Positions 13,212 through 27,219 of a DNA stretch of 64,000 bases are shown one piece after another; within the stretch, counting starts at the first letter, position 1, and each line of letters opens with the position of its first letter. The DNA is taken from assembly GCA_951406725.2 (NCBI GenBank), contig OX597815.1:132246001-132310000 (forward strand), in the 5' to 3' direction. The position numbers were made by a program, and so were the translations under genes. This DNA is from Octopus vulgaris (taxonomy: Eukaryota). The notes beneath the pieces were generated by a model that worked only from the letters and a program-made list of their open reading frames with translations, was not told where the DNA came from and ran no database searches.

Positions 13212-13759
13212 CAGACAGACAAACTGACAGACAGAGATTCATTGACAGAGAAAGGGACAGATAGGCAGTGAGAATAGGAACAGAGTCATGGATAGAATGA
13301 AAGCACGTGAGTGAGAGAGAAGATTAGATGTATGTGAAGAAGTGAGAAGATGCAAAGCGACACTGAGAAAGAAAGAAATAGAAAGGAAGTATGTACAGAG
13401 AGGGGGATAGTGAAAGATATAATAAGAGAAATGACAGAGGAGGAAAGAGAATGAGGAGAATAGTGGGGAAAGAGACAGAAATGAGAAATGATAGTTTGAA
13501 TAAATGTCTTAATGTCTGTCTCTCTCTCTCTCCGCCCCCCCTCTCTCTCTCCCTCTCTCTAAGCCTAAGAAAGCGAAAGCTTCAACTTGAGATTATGTGA
13601 AATTATTGAATGATGCAAGGAGGGATTCAATCGGTATATACGTAAGAGAAAGGAAGTAAGGAATAAACAACGAAAGAGAAAGAGGCAGAGAGAGGGAGCG
13701 AAAGGGGGCGGAGAAAGAGAGGGTAAGAGAGGGTAAGAATGAGAGAGAGACTGAAATGA

Positions 13760-13811
<52 letters not shown>

Positions 13812-13958
13812 CCAGACAGACAGCCAGGCAGACAGACAGGCACACACACACAGAAAAAGAGAGTGAAAATGTGAACAAGATTTGATAGTTTTTGTAAATA
13901 TTGGTTCTGATGAGGGTAGCGGCGAAAAGACAAAAGCATGTGACTAGGAGACACACAA

Positions 13959-14830
13959 GTGTGTGTGTATGTGTGTGTGCGTATGTGTGTATGTGTGTTT
14001 GTGTGTGTATGTGTGTATGTGTTTATGTTTGATGATATGTGTGTGTTTGGGCTTGTGTGGGTCTGTGTGTATGTGTGTGTGCGTATGTGTGTGTATGTGT
14101 GTTTATGTGTGTGTGCATATGTGTGTGTATGTGTGTTTATGTGTGTGTGTGTGCGTATGTGAGTGTATGTGTGTGTGCGTATGTGTGTGTGTGTGTGTTC
14201 GGGCTTGTGTGTGTCTGTGTATGTGTGTGTCTTTATGTTTGATTATATGTCTGTTTCTGCTTGTGTGTGTGTCTGTGTGCGTATGTGAGTGTATGTGTGT
14301 GTGCGTATGTGTGTGTGTGTGTGTTCGGGCTTGTGTGTGTCTGTGTATATGTGTCTTTATGTTTGATTATATGTCTGTTTCTGCTTGTGTGTGTGTCTCT
14401 GCGCGTATGTGTGTGTGTGTGCGTATGTGTGTATGTTCATGTTTGATGATATCTGTAAATATTTGTGTTTGTATGTGTGTCTGTGTGTGCGTATGTGTGT
14501 ATGTGTGTGTGCGTATTTGTGTGTGTTTATGTTTGAGGATATGTGTGTGTTTATGTTTGAGGATATGTGTGTGTTTGTGTTTGTATGTGTGTCTGTGTGT
14601 GCGTATGTGTGTGTATGTGTGTGTGCGTATGTGTGTGTGTTTATGTTTGATGATACGTGTCTGTGCGTGTTTCTGCTTTTCCGTGTGTCAGTGTGCGCGT
14701 ATGTGTGTGTATGTGCGTATGTGTGTATGTTTATGTTTGATGATATGTGTGTGGGGGCGGGATTTTTTGTGCAATTTTATTAGTGTTTGCGCGTTTGTAC
14801 GTGCGACCGTGTTTGTATGTTGAGTTTGTG
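13959..14830. repeat. Complex GT-rich minisatellite
   Basis: (GT)n interspersed with recurrent TTTATGTTTGATGATAT and GTGCGTAT units; local duplication of about 124 bp. Confidence 0.9.
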
Positions 14831-14859
14831 TGTTTGTGCTTGTCATTTGTTTTCCGCAG

Positions 14860-14871
14860 GTAAGTGTGCAG
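14860..14871 (+). other. Candidate 12-nt microexon / recursive splice site
   Basis: TTTGTTTTCCGCAG|GTAAGTGTGCAG|GTGAGT: acceptor directly followed by a consensus donor, with a second consensus donor 12 nt later. Confidence 0.4.
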
Positions 14872-14959
14872 GTGAGTCCTTTTCTCTTTGTCCGTGAGTG
14901 TTTGAAGAATGGTTATGTGTACGTTCGCGTACACCTGCATGCATGTGTGAAAGTGTATT

Positions 14960-15004
<45 letters not shown>

Positions 15005-15200
15005 GACTGCGAATGCATGTATGGGGGTGAATATCATGCCTGTTCATGACAGCGGAGGCGGACGAAAATATAAACAGAAGACACATAAATATAGCAAGTG
15101 TGACACAGATTAAAGGAAGGCGAGGATGGGAAAAACAAATAAAACGTGACCGCAGGATGGGAGTTACACAAATAATATATTTTTCAGCTATAAATATATA

Positions 15201-15816
15201 CAATAATCCCTCGACTATCGCTGGTGTTACGTTCAACCCAACCCGCGATAGGTGAAAATCCGTGAAGTAGCAACAGTATTGTACTGTGTATATTTTTAGA
15301 ATTATTTTTATAATTTGTATATAATTTGTATAGGCGCAGGAGTGGCTGTGTGGTAAGTAGCTTGCTTACCTACGACATGGTTCCGGGTTCAGTCCCACTG
15401 CGTGGCACCTTGGGCAAGAATCTTCTACTATAGCCTCGGGCCAACCAAAGAGTGGATTTGGTAGACGGAAACTGAAAGCTCGTCCTATATATGTATATAT
15501 ATGTGTGTGTGCGTATATGCTTGTGCGTCTGTGCTTGTTTACGTCTCCGTAACTTAGCGGTTAGGCATAAGAGACCGATGGAATAAGTACTAGGCCTACA
15601 AAGAATAAGTCCTGGGTCAATTTGCTCGACTAAAGGCGGTGCTCTAGCATGACCACAGTCTAATGACTGAAACAAGTAAAAACGAGAGAGAGAGGGCGTA
15701 TATTTATTTTAGTATAAATGCAAAACAACACCACGGAGGAACTGACGTAAGCTTAAATAATAAACTGCGTTAGATGAACTGCGAAAAGGAAATCGTGATA
15801 TGGCGAGGGATTGATG
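15201..15816. mobile_element. pogo/Tigger-type MITE interrupted by a SINE
   Basis: TA-CAATAATCCCTCGACTATCGC ... GTGATATGGCGAGGGATTGATG-TA imperfect TIRs. Confidence 0.6.
15332..15682 (+). mobile_element. tRNA-derived CORE-like SINE (octopus-type); further fragments at 28665-28872(+), 30935-31050(-), 36278-36480(-), 37478-37605(-), 48412-48565(+), 49195-49395(+)
   Basis: A box TGGCTGTGTGG, B-box-like GGTTCAGTCCC, CORE-like ACCTTGGGCAAG, 3' end ATGACTGAAACAAGTAAAA. Confidence 0.85.
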
Positions 15817-15904
15817 TAGTTTAAAAGAGGCCAGAGATCATGGACACGACAATTAGGGCAAACAAGTAAATAGTTGAGCAGAAACACATCCAAACATATC
15901 TTTT

Positions 15905-16112
15905 CCTCTGTAGGCACCAGACCTGGAATTTGGGGAGAGGAGCTAGTTGATTACATCAACCCTAGAGCTCAGCCGCTACTTTTTTTATCGACTAGAAAAG
16001 ATAAAAGGATATGTCGACCTTGGCGGAATTAGAACACAAAAGGTAATGGCGGATGAAATGCTGCCAATTATTTTGTCTGACATGATAACGATAGCGCCAG
16101 CTGACCGCCTTT
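15905..16112 (-). mobile_element. Degenerate Meta/MESC-like SINE (further old copies near 20570-20705, 31965-32135, 42130-42360, 59215-59430)
   Basis: Reverse-complement similarity to the 10229 element (GTCGACCTTGGCGGAATT). Confidence 0.6.
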
Positions 16113-16405
16113 AATTTATTTATATCTATCGTGGCTATTATGTTAAACTGTCGTATGTCCAAATTTGGCCAAATGTACTTTTTTCAATATTTATATTTGT
16201 TGGCAATAGCCGTTTCTTTTGGTCAAACTATCGTATCTCCAGCTTCTTCGGATTCCAAAATATCAAAAATTGTCTAAGTTTTGTACAACGGTTTTGTTAT
16301 GGAATGGTGAAACTATTTTTTGTTTTTCTCGTTTACAGAAAAAGCAACGTTTTGAACTTACGACCCTTTTGTATAATATCAACGAATATATGCATATATA
16401 TAGAC

Positions 16406-16517
<112 letters not shown>

Positions 16518-16632
16518 GGCATTATTACACATAAATGCCTCACACTAAGAGGGACAAAGTCATTACTACCAAAATTATACTAATCATACCTAAATGCAGT
16601 TTTTCAAAGCAAGACATTTAAAAAATGAATTT

Positions 16633-16690
16633 AGTTCTGTATCACCGTGATTTCACATTCAACTTACGTCTTATGATCCTCAGCAGAACT
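16633..16690 (-). ncRNA. Type I hammerhead motif, family A
   Basis: Minus strand AGTTCTG-CTGAGGA-tCAT...ATGt-GAAA-TCACGGTGA-TA-CAGAACT; 7-bp stem I. Confidence 0.8.
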
Positions 16691-17112
16691 GATTCTGAAC
16701 ACATCATAAATAAACTACCAACCTTACGTAGCGAAGACGAACAGACAACTGCCCACTCCGGCCAAGCACATGGAATGTTTATAAATCATATATCCGGTAA
16801 ATGGCGGGCTTTTTAGGAACTGCATGTCGGGTAATGAAAAGTATTTCGGAATAAGTTTAACAATTAAGGATAATCTCTTAATAAGGGATCTTAACAAGAA
16901 ATTATCGGGTAGTTAGCGTGAAAACCTCATAAAAGAAAAGAATTCGAAAATAATTTTTTTCTTTTGAACAAATTAATTATATCTATATTGTATAGAGGGC
17001 ATTATTACACATAAATGCCTCACACTAAGAGGGACAAAGTCATTACTACCAAAATTATACTAATCATACCTAAATGCAGTTTTTCAAAGCAAGACATTTA
17101 AAAAATGAATTT

Positions 17113-17166
17113 AGTTCTGTATCACCGTGATTTCACATTCAACTTACGTCTTATGATCCTCAGCAG
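17113..17166 (-). ncRNA. Hammerhead motif, family A, stem I truncated by the inversion junction
   Basis: Core intact; only 3 bp of stem I remain. Confidence 0.6.
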
Positions 17167-17211
17167 GTAGTTTATTTATGATGGTAGTTTATTTATGATG
17201 TGTTCAGAATC

Positions 17212-17269
17212 AGTTCTGCTGAGGATCATAAGACATAAGTTGAATGTGAAATCACGGTGATACAGAACT
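17212..17269 (+). ncRNA. Type I hammerhead motif, family A
   Basis: AGTTCTG CTGAGGA ... GAAA TCACGGTGA TA CAGAACT; predicted cleavage after 17262. Confidence 0.8.
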
Positions 17270-17691
17270 AAATTCATTTTTTAAATGTCTTGCTTTGAAA
17301 AACTGCATTTAGGTATGATTAGTATAATTTTGGTAGTAATGACTTTGTCCCTCTTAGTGTGAGGCATTTATGTGTAATAATGCCCTCTATACAATATAGA
17401 TATAATTAATTTGTTCAAAAGAAAAAAATTATTTTCGAATTCTTTTCTTTTATGAGGTTTTCACGCTAACTACCCGATAATTTCTTGTTAAGATCCCTTA
17501 TTAAGAGATTATCCTTAATTGTTAAACTTATTCCGAAATACTTTTCATTACTCGACATGCAGTTCCTAAAAAGCCAGCCATTTACCGGATATATGATTTA
17601 TAAACATTCCATGTGCTTGGCCGGAGTGGGCAGTTGTCTGTTCGTCTTCACTACGTAAGGTTGGTAGTTTATTTATGATGTGTTCAGAATC

Positions 17692-17749
17692 AGTTCTACT
17701 GAGGATCATAAGACGTAAGTTGAATGTGAAATCACGGTGATACAGAACT
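17692..17749 (+). ncRNA. Type I hammerhead motif, family A (one stem I mismatch)
   Basis: AGTTCTA CTGAGGA ... GAAA TCACGGTGA TA CAGAACT. Confidence 0.7.
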
Positions 17750-18004
17750 AAATTCATTTTTTAAATGTCTTGCTTTGAAAAACTGCATTTAGGTATGATT
17801 AGTATAATTTTGGTAGTAATGACTTTGTCCCTCTTAGTGTGAGGCATTTATGTGTAATAATGCCCTCTATACAATATAGATATAATTAATTTGTTCAAAA
17901 GAAAAAAATTATTTTCGAATTCTTTTCTTTTATGAGGTTTTCACGCTAACTACCCGATAATTTCTTGTTAAGATCCCTTATTAAGAGATTATCCTTAATT
18001 GTTA

Positions 18005-18056
<52 letters not shown>

Positions 18057-18118
18057 CATATATGTATGTGTGTGTGAGAAAAAGAGATGACACAAGAATA
18101 AATGATTATTTTATGAAC

Positions 18119-18151
<33 letters not shown>

Positions 18152-18319
18152 CACATAAGAGATTGAACATGTATATAGTTCTACCAATTACACTTGGGGT
18201 TATATTTCAAAAGTCTTCGTTTTGGCGCGCCAAAATACCGGAAATAATTCTGCAGAAAACAATTCTCTGCCGTGAATTGTCCCGGTTAGACAACATAGTT
18301 ATTTAAATTTAAGATTAAA

Positions 18320-18590
18320 ATAAGGGTGAAAACTTGAATATTAATTTGATTAATGTCAATTTAAAAACAGTGGTCTAGCATATAGAAAAATAATATTACA
18401 TATATATATAAGAGGGTTGACCACTAAGTGGACATCCATTATGCTAGAAGTCGACCCCTTATAGTCTTACTATTAAAGAAGTAATGTTCTCAAGAAAATT
18501 TAACAAATGCCAGACCGTGACTGGTGATGAGAAATAACTAGTTTTAAATTGATATTAATGAAATTAATATTCAAGTTTTCACCCTTGTTA
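18320..18590. repeat. Older element with about 45-bp inverted ends of the same AT-rich tail type
   Basis: AAGGGTGAAAACTTGAATATTAATTT... at about 18322 is inverted at about 18542-18586. Confidence 0.65.
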
Positions 18591-18609
18591 TTTTAAATTT
18601 AAAGTTATG

Positions 18610-18659
<50 letters not shown>

Positions 18660-18660
<1 letters not shown>

Positions 18661-19534
18661 GGTTTTGTTTTCGCGTAATGTAATAATTCTATTCATCACT
18701 AAAAACCACGTCTTGAAAGCAAAGATAGTCGTTTTTCTTCTAGCGCTGACTTAAGTCGCTCAAGCTGCTTTCAGTAAATCTCTATTATTATCGTGTAGTT
18801 TGCTCTTATAAGTTCAAAGTGGACTAAACCTTGCGTATCCAACCAAACAGATAACATCTCACGTGGGTGAAAAACCTCCTTTAGCCTGGGTTTCTCCTTT
18901 TCTTACCCACTGTCTTCGACGCTTGATATTTTTATAGATAACCAATTTCTCATCACCAGTCACTTTTCGGTCTAAAACAAAAGGTTCATTCCTCAGACAT
19001 GACAGCAAAGAAGAGCACACATTCACTCTCTGCGCGCGGTTTGATTCAAAAAGCTAGCGAGGAATCCATTGACCCAATTTTCTGACTGTTCCGATGCCAC
19101 GCAGGTGTCGATGAAGAGTTGAATGACCAAATTCAAGCTTCTCTGCTAGTTCCTCAACAATTACGATGGGTCACTTCTTCGACCAGGGTCTGTAGATCGT
19201 CTTTGTTGAGCTCTACAGATCTTCCAGGACGCGGCTCGTCTTCTACGGAATTTCTGGATCCACTGTTGATAGAAGGTTACACTTATTGTCCGATCCCCAT
19301 ATACAGCATTAATATTCCTCGCACTTTCCGTTGTGCTGTTGCTTTTAGTGTACTCATAAAGCAAAATATGCCGAATATGCTCCTTTGTCACTTCCATTAT
19401 AGCTTTCATAAAATAACTGTTAAAATCGAACTATACTCTTCGAAATTTCCACTAAGAATAAGTAGAAGTTAAATTGCTACCTGCGTTTAGTTCATGCAAT
19501 TGAAAAAGCAGCGTTATTTATGGGGGACCCATTA
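18660..19534 (-). mobile_element. Mariner transposon remnant (5' TIR + frameshifted transposase)
   Basis: MEVTKEHIRHILLYEY...ARNINAVYGD HTH region, then EPRPGRS and VTGDEK in shifted frames; TIR-like TAATGGGTCCCCCATAAATAACGC. Confidence 0.85.
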
Positions 19535-19692
19535 CAACGTGAGATGTTTACTTGTAGTAATAGCCCTTAAGATAATGAATATATATATATCAAATCCATA
19601 ACAAAAACGAACAAAAAAGAAAAAGACAACAACGCGAGGACGTGGTACATGCAAAGTATTAGGAGACGCTCAGAGAAGGAAACGTGTGTGTG

Positions 19693-19724
<32 letters not shown>

Positions 19725-19736
19725 CAGGGAGGGAGG

Positions 19737-19775
<39 letters not shown>

Positions 19776-19777
19776 TT

Positions 19778-20485
19778 GAAATTTACAAAAAGAAACAGAA
19801 GACGAAGACAGGTGTGTAAACAACAAACAGGTGTATTAGTTTAATGCTCGTGAAGGTGAGTCTTTTACGTTTTGAGCCTATGTTCTTCAACGGAAAGGAG
19901 CACGAGAAAATAAAAAGAGAGAGAGAATAAAAAAGAAACCGGTCACTCATGGCGATGGCCGGACAGAGGTGTCCGAAAGAAGAGCTAGGAAGAAAGGGAG
20001 ATACTAAAGTAGTGGTGATCCCAAAACGAAGGTGTGGGTGCATGTGTTGTGAAAGCGTGTGTGTGCGTGTAGATAGGGGCTGGTGACCTTGACATGTGTG
20101 TGTGTGTGCATAATTAGGTGTGTGGATGATGGTGTGGGTGCTGGGAAGTGGTCTGTGCTAGTGTGTACGAAGTGGTGTGGTGTGGTTGCGTAAGGTATGG
20201 GTGCTGGGAAGTGGTCAATGCTAGTGTGTGCAAGGTGGTGCGAGGTGGTGTGAAGGTGTGGTGTGATTTGGTGTGGTGATGTGTGGTGTATTGTGTTGTA
20301 GTGTAGTGGCGTGTGGTGTTGTGATGTGTGATATGTTATGTTGTGGTGTGGTTGGTTGGGTATGGTGCAGTGGCGTGTAGTGGGGTGATGTGTGGCGTGG
20401 ATTGGTGTGTGGGTTGGGTTGGGGTGAGGGTATGGGGGTAGTGGTGGGGTTTGTGGGAATGGTGTGTGAGGGTGAGGTGGGTTCA
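19778..20485 (-). mobile_element. 3' UTR/pseudo-LTR of a Penelope-like family (homologous to about 41100-41720), with degenerate HHR at 19862-19897
   Basis: Reverse complement aligns by eye with the sequence downstream of the GIY-YIG fragment at 40.6-41.7 kb; a short terminal fragment also lies at 21020-21090. Confidence 0.7.
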
Positions 20486-20955
20486 TATACATATATATAT
20501 ATATGAACACTGAAATTCAAAGCATATATAAAAATCAAACCATAGATAATAGCATGCAAATATTGTAAATATTGGTTTCATATTATGACACAACGCCAGC
20601 AATTTTGGGGGAATTGTTTAGTCGATTATATCTACCCCAATATTCAACTGGTATTTATTTTATCCACCCCGAAAGAATGAAAAGTGAAGTCGACCTTGCC
20701 GCGGACAGGGTTGAAAGTCTACTCGTAGGGCACGAACCCATATGATGACAGAGATGAGCGTGAAATGATTATATTTCTTTTTAAACACTGAAACTCGAAG
20801 CGTATTTGAAGCTATAAATAATGGCGTGCAAATATCGGGTTAAGAACTCTTCGAGATAGGAAAAATTTGACTTTTATACATGCTTTGAGTTTTGACGTTC
20901 CAAAAAGGAATTATTTTATTTTCATCTTGAACATTCTAAAATGTTATATCATCAA

Positions 20956-21014
<59 letters not shown>

Positions 21015-21315
21015 TGTATTTCGAATTTATAGAAGACAAAAGACGAAGACAGGTATACGAACAACAACCAAGTGTATTAGTTTGACGCCGCGAAACATTT
21101 TCTTTCGAATACCCCGATGGTTAATGTTATTAGGAGTTTCCAACATTTCATAAGAAAGAATTCATTTGCTCTAAAATTATCTCACCTCATAATTGTTTGC
21201 TTTCTACTTACCATAGCTTAAGAACCAATCCCACAATTTTCCTTTTATTTTAGAGATATAATCTTATATTAATAATCATCTCCTGAAAATTTGAGAGTGA
21301 ATATATCCTCCTTTA

Positions 21316-21540
21316 TGGAGGCGCGTGGCTTCGCGGTTAGGGTATTGGACTTACGATCGTAAGATTGTGGTTTCGATTAATAGGCGGGGCGATGCCTTGC
21401 GTCTTTGGGCAAACACTTCATTTCACGTTGCTCCTATCCAGTCAGTCGACAAACGTGAGTAATCCTGCGAGGGACTAGTGTCCCGTCCAGGAAGGAATGT
21501 ATACGCCACAGAACCCAGGGAACCGGCCGAAAGAGCTTTT
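21316..21540 (+). mobile_element. tRNA-derived SINE with V-domain-like block (related copy at 63595-63860)
   Basis: GGAGGCGCGTGGCTTCGCGGTTAG, GTTTCGATT, AATCCTGCGAGGGACTAGTGTCCCGTCCAGG. Confidence 0.65.
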
Positions 21541-22925
21541 GTAAAACGGGAAGGAGTTTTATCTCCTGGGTCTCAGAAAATACAACAACTATGTTATGGC
21601 GTATAAACTTTGCAATAAATTAAGTTGATCATTAACTGAAAATTTCTTATAGGTATTATTTTATTCTTAAATGAACAGCGCATGAATTTGAAACGAAGAG
21701 CAATTGCGAGCGTTAATTTTTTTACGATACCAAAACAAGTATTATAATTTACATGATACGCTTGTAATTATTATCCAAAGCTGATGCGTTGGAGAAAAAG
21801 CGAATTTCATATCTGGAGACAGATATAAAATTATATTCATACTCTCACACACATATATATGTATATATGTGTGAGCGTGTGCATGAGTGTACGCGCGTAC
21901 GTGAGTGTTTAAGTATACACTTTATATTTTTTATAGATTGACCATATCGATGGTGTTGCTTTTTTCCTAGAACTTCTCCGAACATCCACAATTTGCTAAG
22001 GAAAATGGAGGTCCAACATGAGGAGAAGGGACCTCGATTTTGATATACCATTTGGTTGGTTAAATAATTAATCTACTACTTAGATTGTTGGTTGTTTTCT
22101 AAATTGATGTAAATCAAAATGAAATACGCTCAGTGACTATGATTTTATCACCATTTTGATCCTCTTGAAAAGGTTTTCTAAAATACTTTGCATGCAAAAT
22201 CTTGCAAGGCAATTATAATACTGTGTGTTTGTGTGTGTGTGCGCGTGTGTGTGTGTGTGTATGTGTGTGTGTGTTTGTGTGTGTGTGTGCGCGCGCTTGC
22301 GTGCGTGAAAATACAAAAGTATGGAGAATTATTATTTTTTAATGAACTTACGCGCTTTTCAGATAGTTTCATTCTGCTATTTATAAATAGCAAATTTGGC
22401 CAAAACAAGATGTAAGTATATGCTCCAGCAGACAGCAGACCTACTTTGGAATTGTAAAGTTAAGTTAATAACGAAATATGTGTTTGTAAAAATCCCTAAA
22501 TGTTGAATTGTTGCTGACGTATGAAATATTGTGGAGTGGAATATAACGAAACTTATTCATAAGATTTGATCAGTATTAATTTTAAACATACGATTTAGGT
22601 GGGAGACTGGTTAGTTATTGAGAATTCTGAGGGTAATAGTCAGTAAATTGTTTTCTGGGGTTTATATCGTATTTAATAGAATAAATAGATAAAGCTTAAC
22701 TTTTAAGACGCTTCCAATAGTATTAAGATAAACTAAGGTAAAAATAAAAAGTCTTAAAATGGATTACAAATATATAGAGATTTTTCACTTCAACTGTTCA
22801 CTTCAGTTGTTCACATTCCAATTATTGTCAATATTAGGGGTTGAGATAGGAATGCTTGTCCAGAATGAAGAAAATGTTTCCTGATATATACATATACTTG
22901 TTTATATATACGTGTATGAATGCAC

Positions 22926-22998
<73 letters not shown>

Positions 22999-23010
22999 CA
23001 CTATATATAT

Positions 23011-23052
<42 letters not shown>

Positions 23053-23169
23053 GTATGTATATGTATATATGTATGTATATATATACATACGTATATATAT
23101 ATATAAATACATATATATACATATACATATATATATATGTATATATATATGTATATATATATATGTATA

Positions 23170-23217
<48 letters not shown>

Positions 23218-23500
23218 CAACAATTGAGGGTAAAATTAATTAATTATTAATCAATTTCACCAAGTATTCAGTATGCAAAGGGACCATTTAAGGCGAATTC
23301 AAATTATTACATTATATAAAAGGGCTTAGTAAAATAAATTACTTTGCCACATACTGAACTCATTAGAAATAGTAGCTAAAAAAACTTTTTTAAAACCATT
23401 TCTAATACTTAAAGAAAATCTCTCTCATATAGTGTTTGCTCAATTCAACTCACGAAAGTATGGGGGTAAAGACATTAAAAAATCAAATGCAAAGGTTATT

Positions 23501-23552
23501 TGAGAACGTACGTTTCTAGATTAGTCAACTCGACATTTCTTTCGTCAGCTCA
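23501..23552 (-). ncRNA. Type I hammerhead motif, family B
   Basis: Minus strand TGAG-CTGACGA-aAGA...TCTa-GAAAC-GTAC-GTT-CTCA. Confidence 0.8.
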
Positions 23553-24363
23553 GAACTCCTTGGTTTGGATTTGAAAACACTGAAAGTGGGAGCATACCCT
23601 TTCGGCTTCTTATCGCTTCTGAAGATCTGCTCGAACTATCAGTGCCAGCAAACTCAAAATATGCAAGCGAAGAATTTCTGCTCTCCCCTTTCCACCAGCG
23701 TGGGTTAAAATCAGTAAACACTATACTTTTTCGGTAAAATCCGAAGCATTAAATAGAGAGAGATGAATTATAATTTCAACAATTGAGGATAAAATTAATT
23801 AATTATTAATCAATTTCACCAAGTATTCAGTATGCAAAGGGACCATTTAAGGCGAATTCAAATTATTACATTATATAAAAGGGCTTAGTAAAATAAATTA
23901 CTTTGCCACATACTGAACTCATTAGAAATAGTAGCTAAAAAAAAACTTTTTTAAAACCATTTCTAATACTTAAAGAAAATCTCTCTCATATAGTGTATGC
24001 TCAATTCAATTCAATTTGCTTATTTTACTAAGCCCTTTTATATAATGTAATAATTTGAATTCGCCTTAAATGGTCCCTTTGCATACTGAATACTTGGTGA
24101 AATTGATTAATAATTAATTAATTTTACCCTCAATTGTTGAAATTATAATTCATCTCTCTCTATTTAATGCTTCGGATTTTACCGAAAAAGCATAGTGTTT
24201 ACTGATTTTAACCCACGCTGGTGGAAAGGGGAGAGCAGAAATTCTTCGCTTGCATATTTTGAGTTTGCTGGCACTGATAGTTCGAGCAGATCTTCAGAAG
24301 CGATAAGAAGCCGAAAGGGTATGCTCCCACTTTCAGTGTTTTCAAATCCAAACCAAGGAGTTC

Positions 24364-24415
24364 TGAGCTGACGAAAGAAATGTCGAGTTGACTAATCTAG
24401 AAACGTACGTTCTCA
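24364..24415 (+). ncRNA. Type I hammerhead motif, family B
   Basis: TGAG CTGACGA AAGAAATGTCGAGTTGACTAATCTA GAAAC GTAC GTT CTCA; palindromic stem III AACGTACGTT; GUU triplet. Confidence 0.8.
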
Positions 24416-24598
24416 AATAACCTTTGCATTTGATTTTTTAATGTCTTTACCCCCATACTTTCGTGAGTTGAATTGAGCAAACACTATATGAGAGAGATTT
24501 TCTTTAAGTATTAGAAATGGTTTTAAAAAGTTTTTTTTTAGCTACTATTTCTAATGAGTTCAGTATGTGGCAAAGTAATTTATTTTACTAAGCCCTTT

Positions 24599-24653
<55 letters not shown>

Positions 24654-25427
24654 AAGTATATACGGGCATAATCCTTTTTGTTATGCTATTATATACCCTT
24701 CACTGAAAAACTAAATCGATCTGCCGTAGCTAGGTTTTAAATTATATGATTAATGTTGAATATGTATTAAGACGTTAATCAAACCATTAAAAAAATACGA
24801 AAGGATGTCGGAGTATTAAAGACATTCGTAATAATTCTTCACAGCCTACATCACATGGTAGTATTCGAAACACTGTCGTACATGTTTATAGATACAGCTG
24901 CACTTAGCTTATATTACTTTCTCGACTCCGACTGTCTAAAAGATAAAGTTACCCCAACTAGGTTTTGAACTCTCAATAAATCAGACATTCATTGAAATAT
25001 CTCAATTTGTTCCATTCTCCCGTTATGTAGTATAACACAAAATAAATCGATTTATCAAAATGTATATCTGAAATAAGCAATTCAACTAGACTAAAATATT
25101 GGACTTCGTTTAACTCGTGACAGAGAGAAGCAGCTGATATTGCAATGACGTAGGCGAAGGTTAACATAAAAGTGTACACAAGTTGGACATGAGCATAACA
25201 TTATGTACACACACAAATATATATATATATATTTGTGTGTGTGTGTGTGTGTGTTTGTGACTATGTGTGTGTGTTTGTATATACATGCATACATCCATGC
25301 AAAATACATTTATATATTCATACCTGCGTGCATATAAGTATATATGTGTGTGTGTCTTTATATATAAAATGTATGCTTTGGTGTATGTATATAATCTCAC
25401 ATACACATATATACACACAGGCACAAA

Positions 25428-25490
<63 letters not shown>

Positions 25491-25622
25491 GTATATACAT
25501 ATATATATATATAAATATATATACATGTACATATTTATATATATATATGTTTATATACACACGCGCGCGTACCTATATATTGGTATCTATGCATGTACAC
25601 ACACACATATATATATATCTAC

Positions 25623-25657
<35 letters not shown>

Positions 25658-25718
25658 GATATATACTTGTATATATAAATTGATGAATGAATTATCCTTT
25701 GTTTACCGTTAACATGGA

Positions 25719-25754
<36 letters not shown>

Positions 25755-25854
25755 TTTATTTCTATAACACACATACAAACATACATTTCGTGTATGTGTG
25801 TGTGTCAATTTAAATTTTGAAATGAAAAGTTGTAGAAAATTTAGTAGATGGGGA

Positions 25855-25893
<39 letters not shown>

Positions 25894-26344
25894 AAGAGAG
25901 AGTGAAAGAGATAATAGGAAGAGACAGACGGACAGACAGACGGACGGATAGACAGTCGGACGGACAGACGGACGTCTGGTTAGAGAGTGAGAAAGAAAAG
26001 GAGAGTGAGTGGATCGCTGAGAGAGAGCAGCCCACCTACCTATCACATATAGTTTCCAAATTTATTAAGGTTTATGTGATATCATTTTACTTCTCTATCA
26101 CACTGCAGTTTGTAGGAGTGACATGCGATATAGTGTAGGAGGTAAGCCCACAGTCAATCTTAAATGCGTGGTATAACTACTTTTCCCGCTTAATGCGACC
26201 AGCAGATCAATTATCCTTATTGTGTCCTTCGGGAACACACGACTGTCAAAGCAGCAGCCGTAAAAATCAGACTAACTTAATTACAGCCACACGCTTATGA
26301 ATGATTCCCATCACACACCCACGCACTCGAAAACAACACACACG

Positions 26345-26469
<125 letters not shown>

Positions 26470-26636
26470 GAGACAAACAACGATATCACAATTAATAGGT
26501 GAATGAATTTTCTAACAGTATTGTAGAAATAATTAGATATATATTTTTACTGCATATCAAACAGATAGCTTGACAGTGAGGATACGATTGCAGAAATATT
26601 GCTATATATTCTTATTATTATCCCGTCTATGAGGTG

Positions 26637-26770
26637 GACCCTCATTGTTATAATTATATAAACTATTACCGAATATGGTCCTTTTCCATACCGAAATATT
26701 ACGAGGTGAAATTTGTTGATTTTATTAAATTAATTATATTTCACCCTTTATCTGTAAATACATATATGTA

Positions 26771-26807
<37 letters not shown>

Positions 26808-26897
26808 GAATACGCATTAGTGTAAAAATTGTGTATACGAACACGCACACACACACACACATATATGTATATGTATGTGTATAAAATATATATATAT

Positions 26898-26930
<33 letters not shown>

Positions 26931-26952
26931 CATATATATATGTATGTATGTT

Positions 26953-27008
<56 letters not shown>

Positions 27009-27219
27009 TGTGGAGACATATTTTTATAGTAAAAGGAAATAGCAGTCCTCTGGCTGCTATTTCTAAAACTTTCAGTATGTGGTCTAGCAACTTGTGCAAA
27101 GACCCTCATTGTTATAATTATATAAACTATTACCGAATATGGTCCTTTTCCATACCGAAATATTACGAGGTGAAATTTGTTGATTTTATTAAATTAATTA
27201 TATTTCACCCTTTATCTGT

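Larger units (their letters stand above)
23212..24606. mobile_element. Non-coding retrozyme-like element, family B locus 1: 559-bp tandem unit, head-to-head arms, in (TA)n
   Basis: 23211 repeats at 23770; 24020-24606 is the reverse complement; one HHR in each arm. Confidence 0.85.

Noticed and set aside
16625-17757. 63-aa ORF MNLVLYHRDF... present twice
   Set aside because: Antisense to the hammerhead strand of family A, duplicated only because of the inverted repeat, with no recognisable motif
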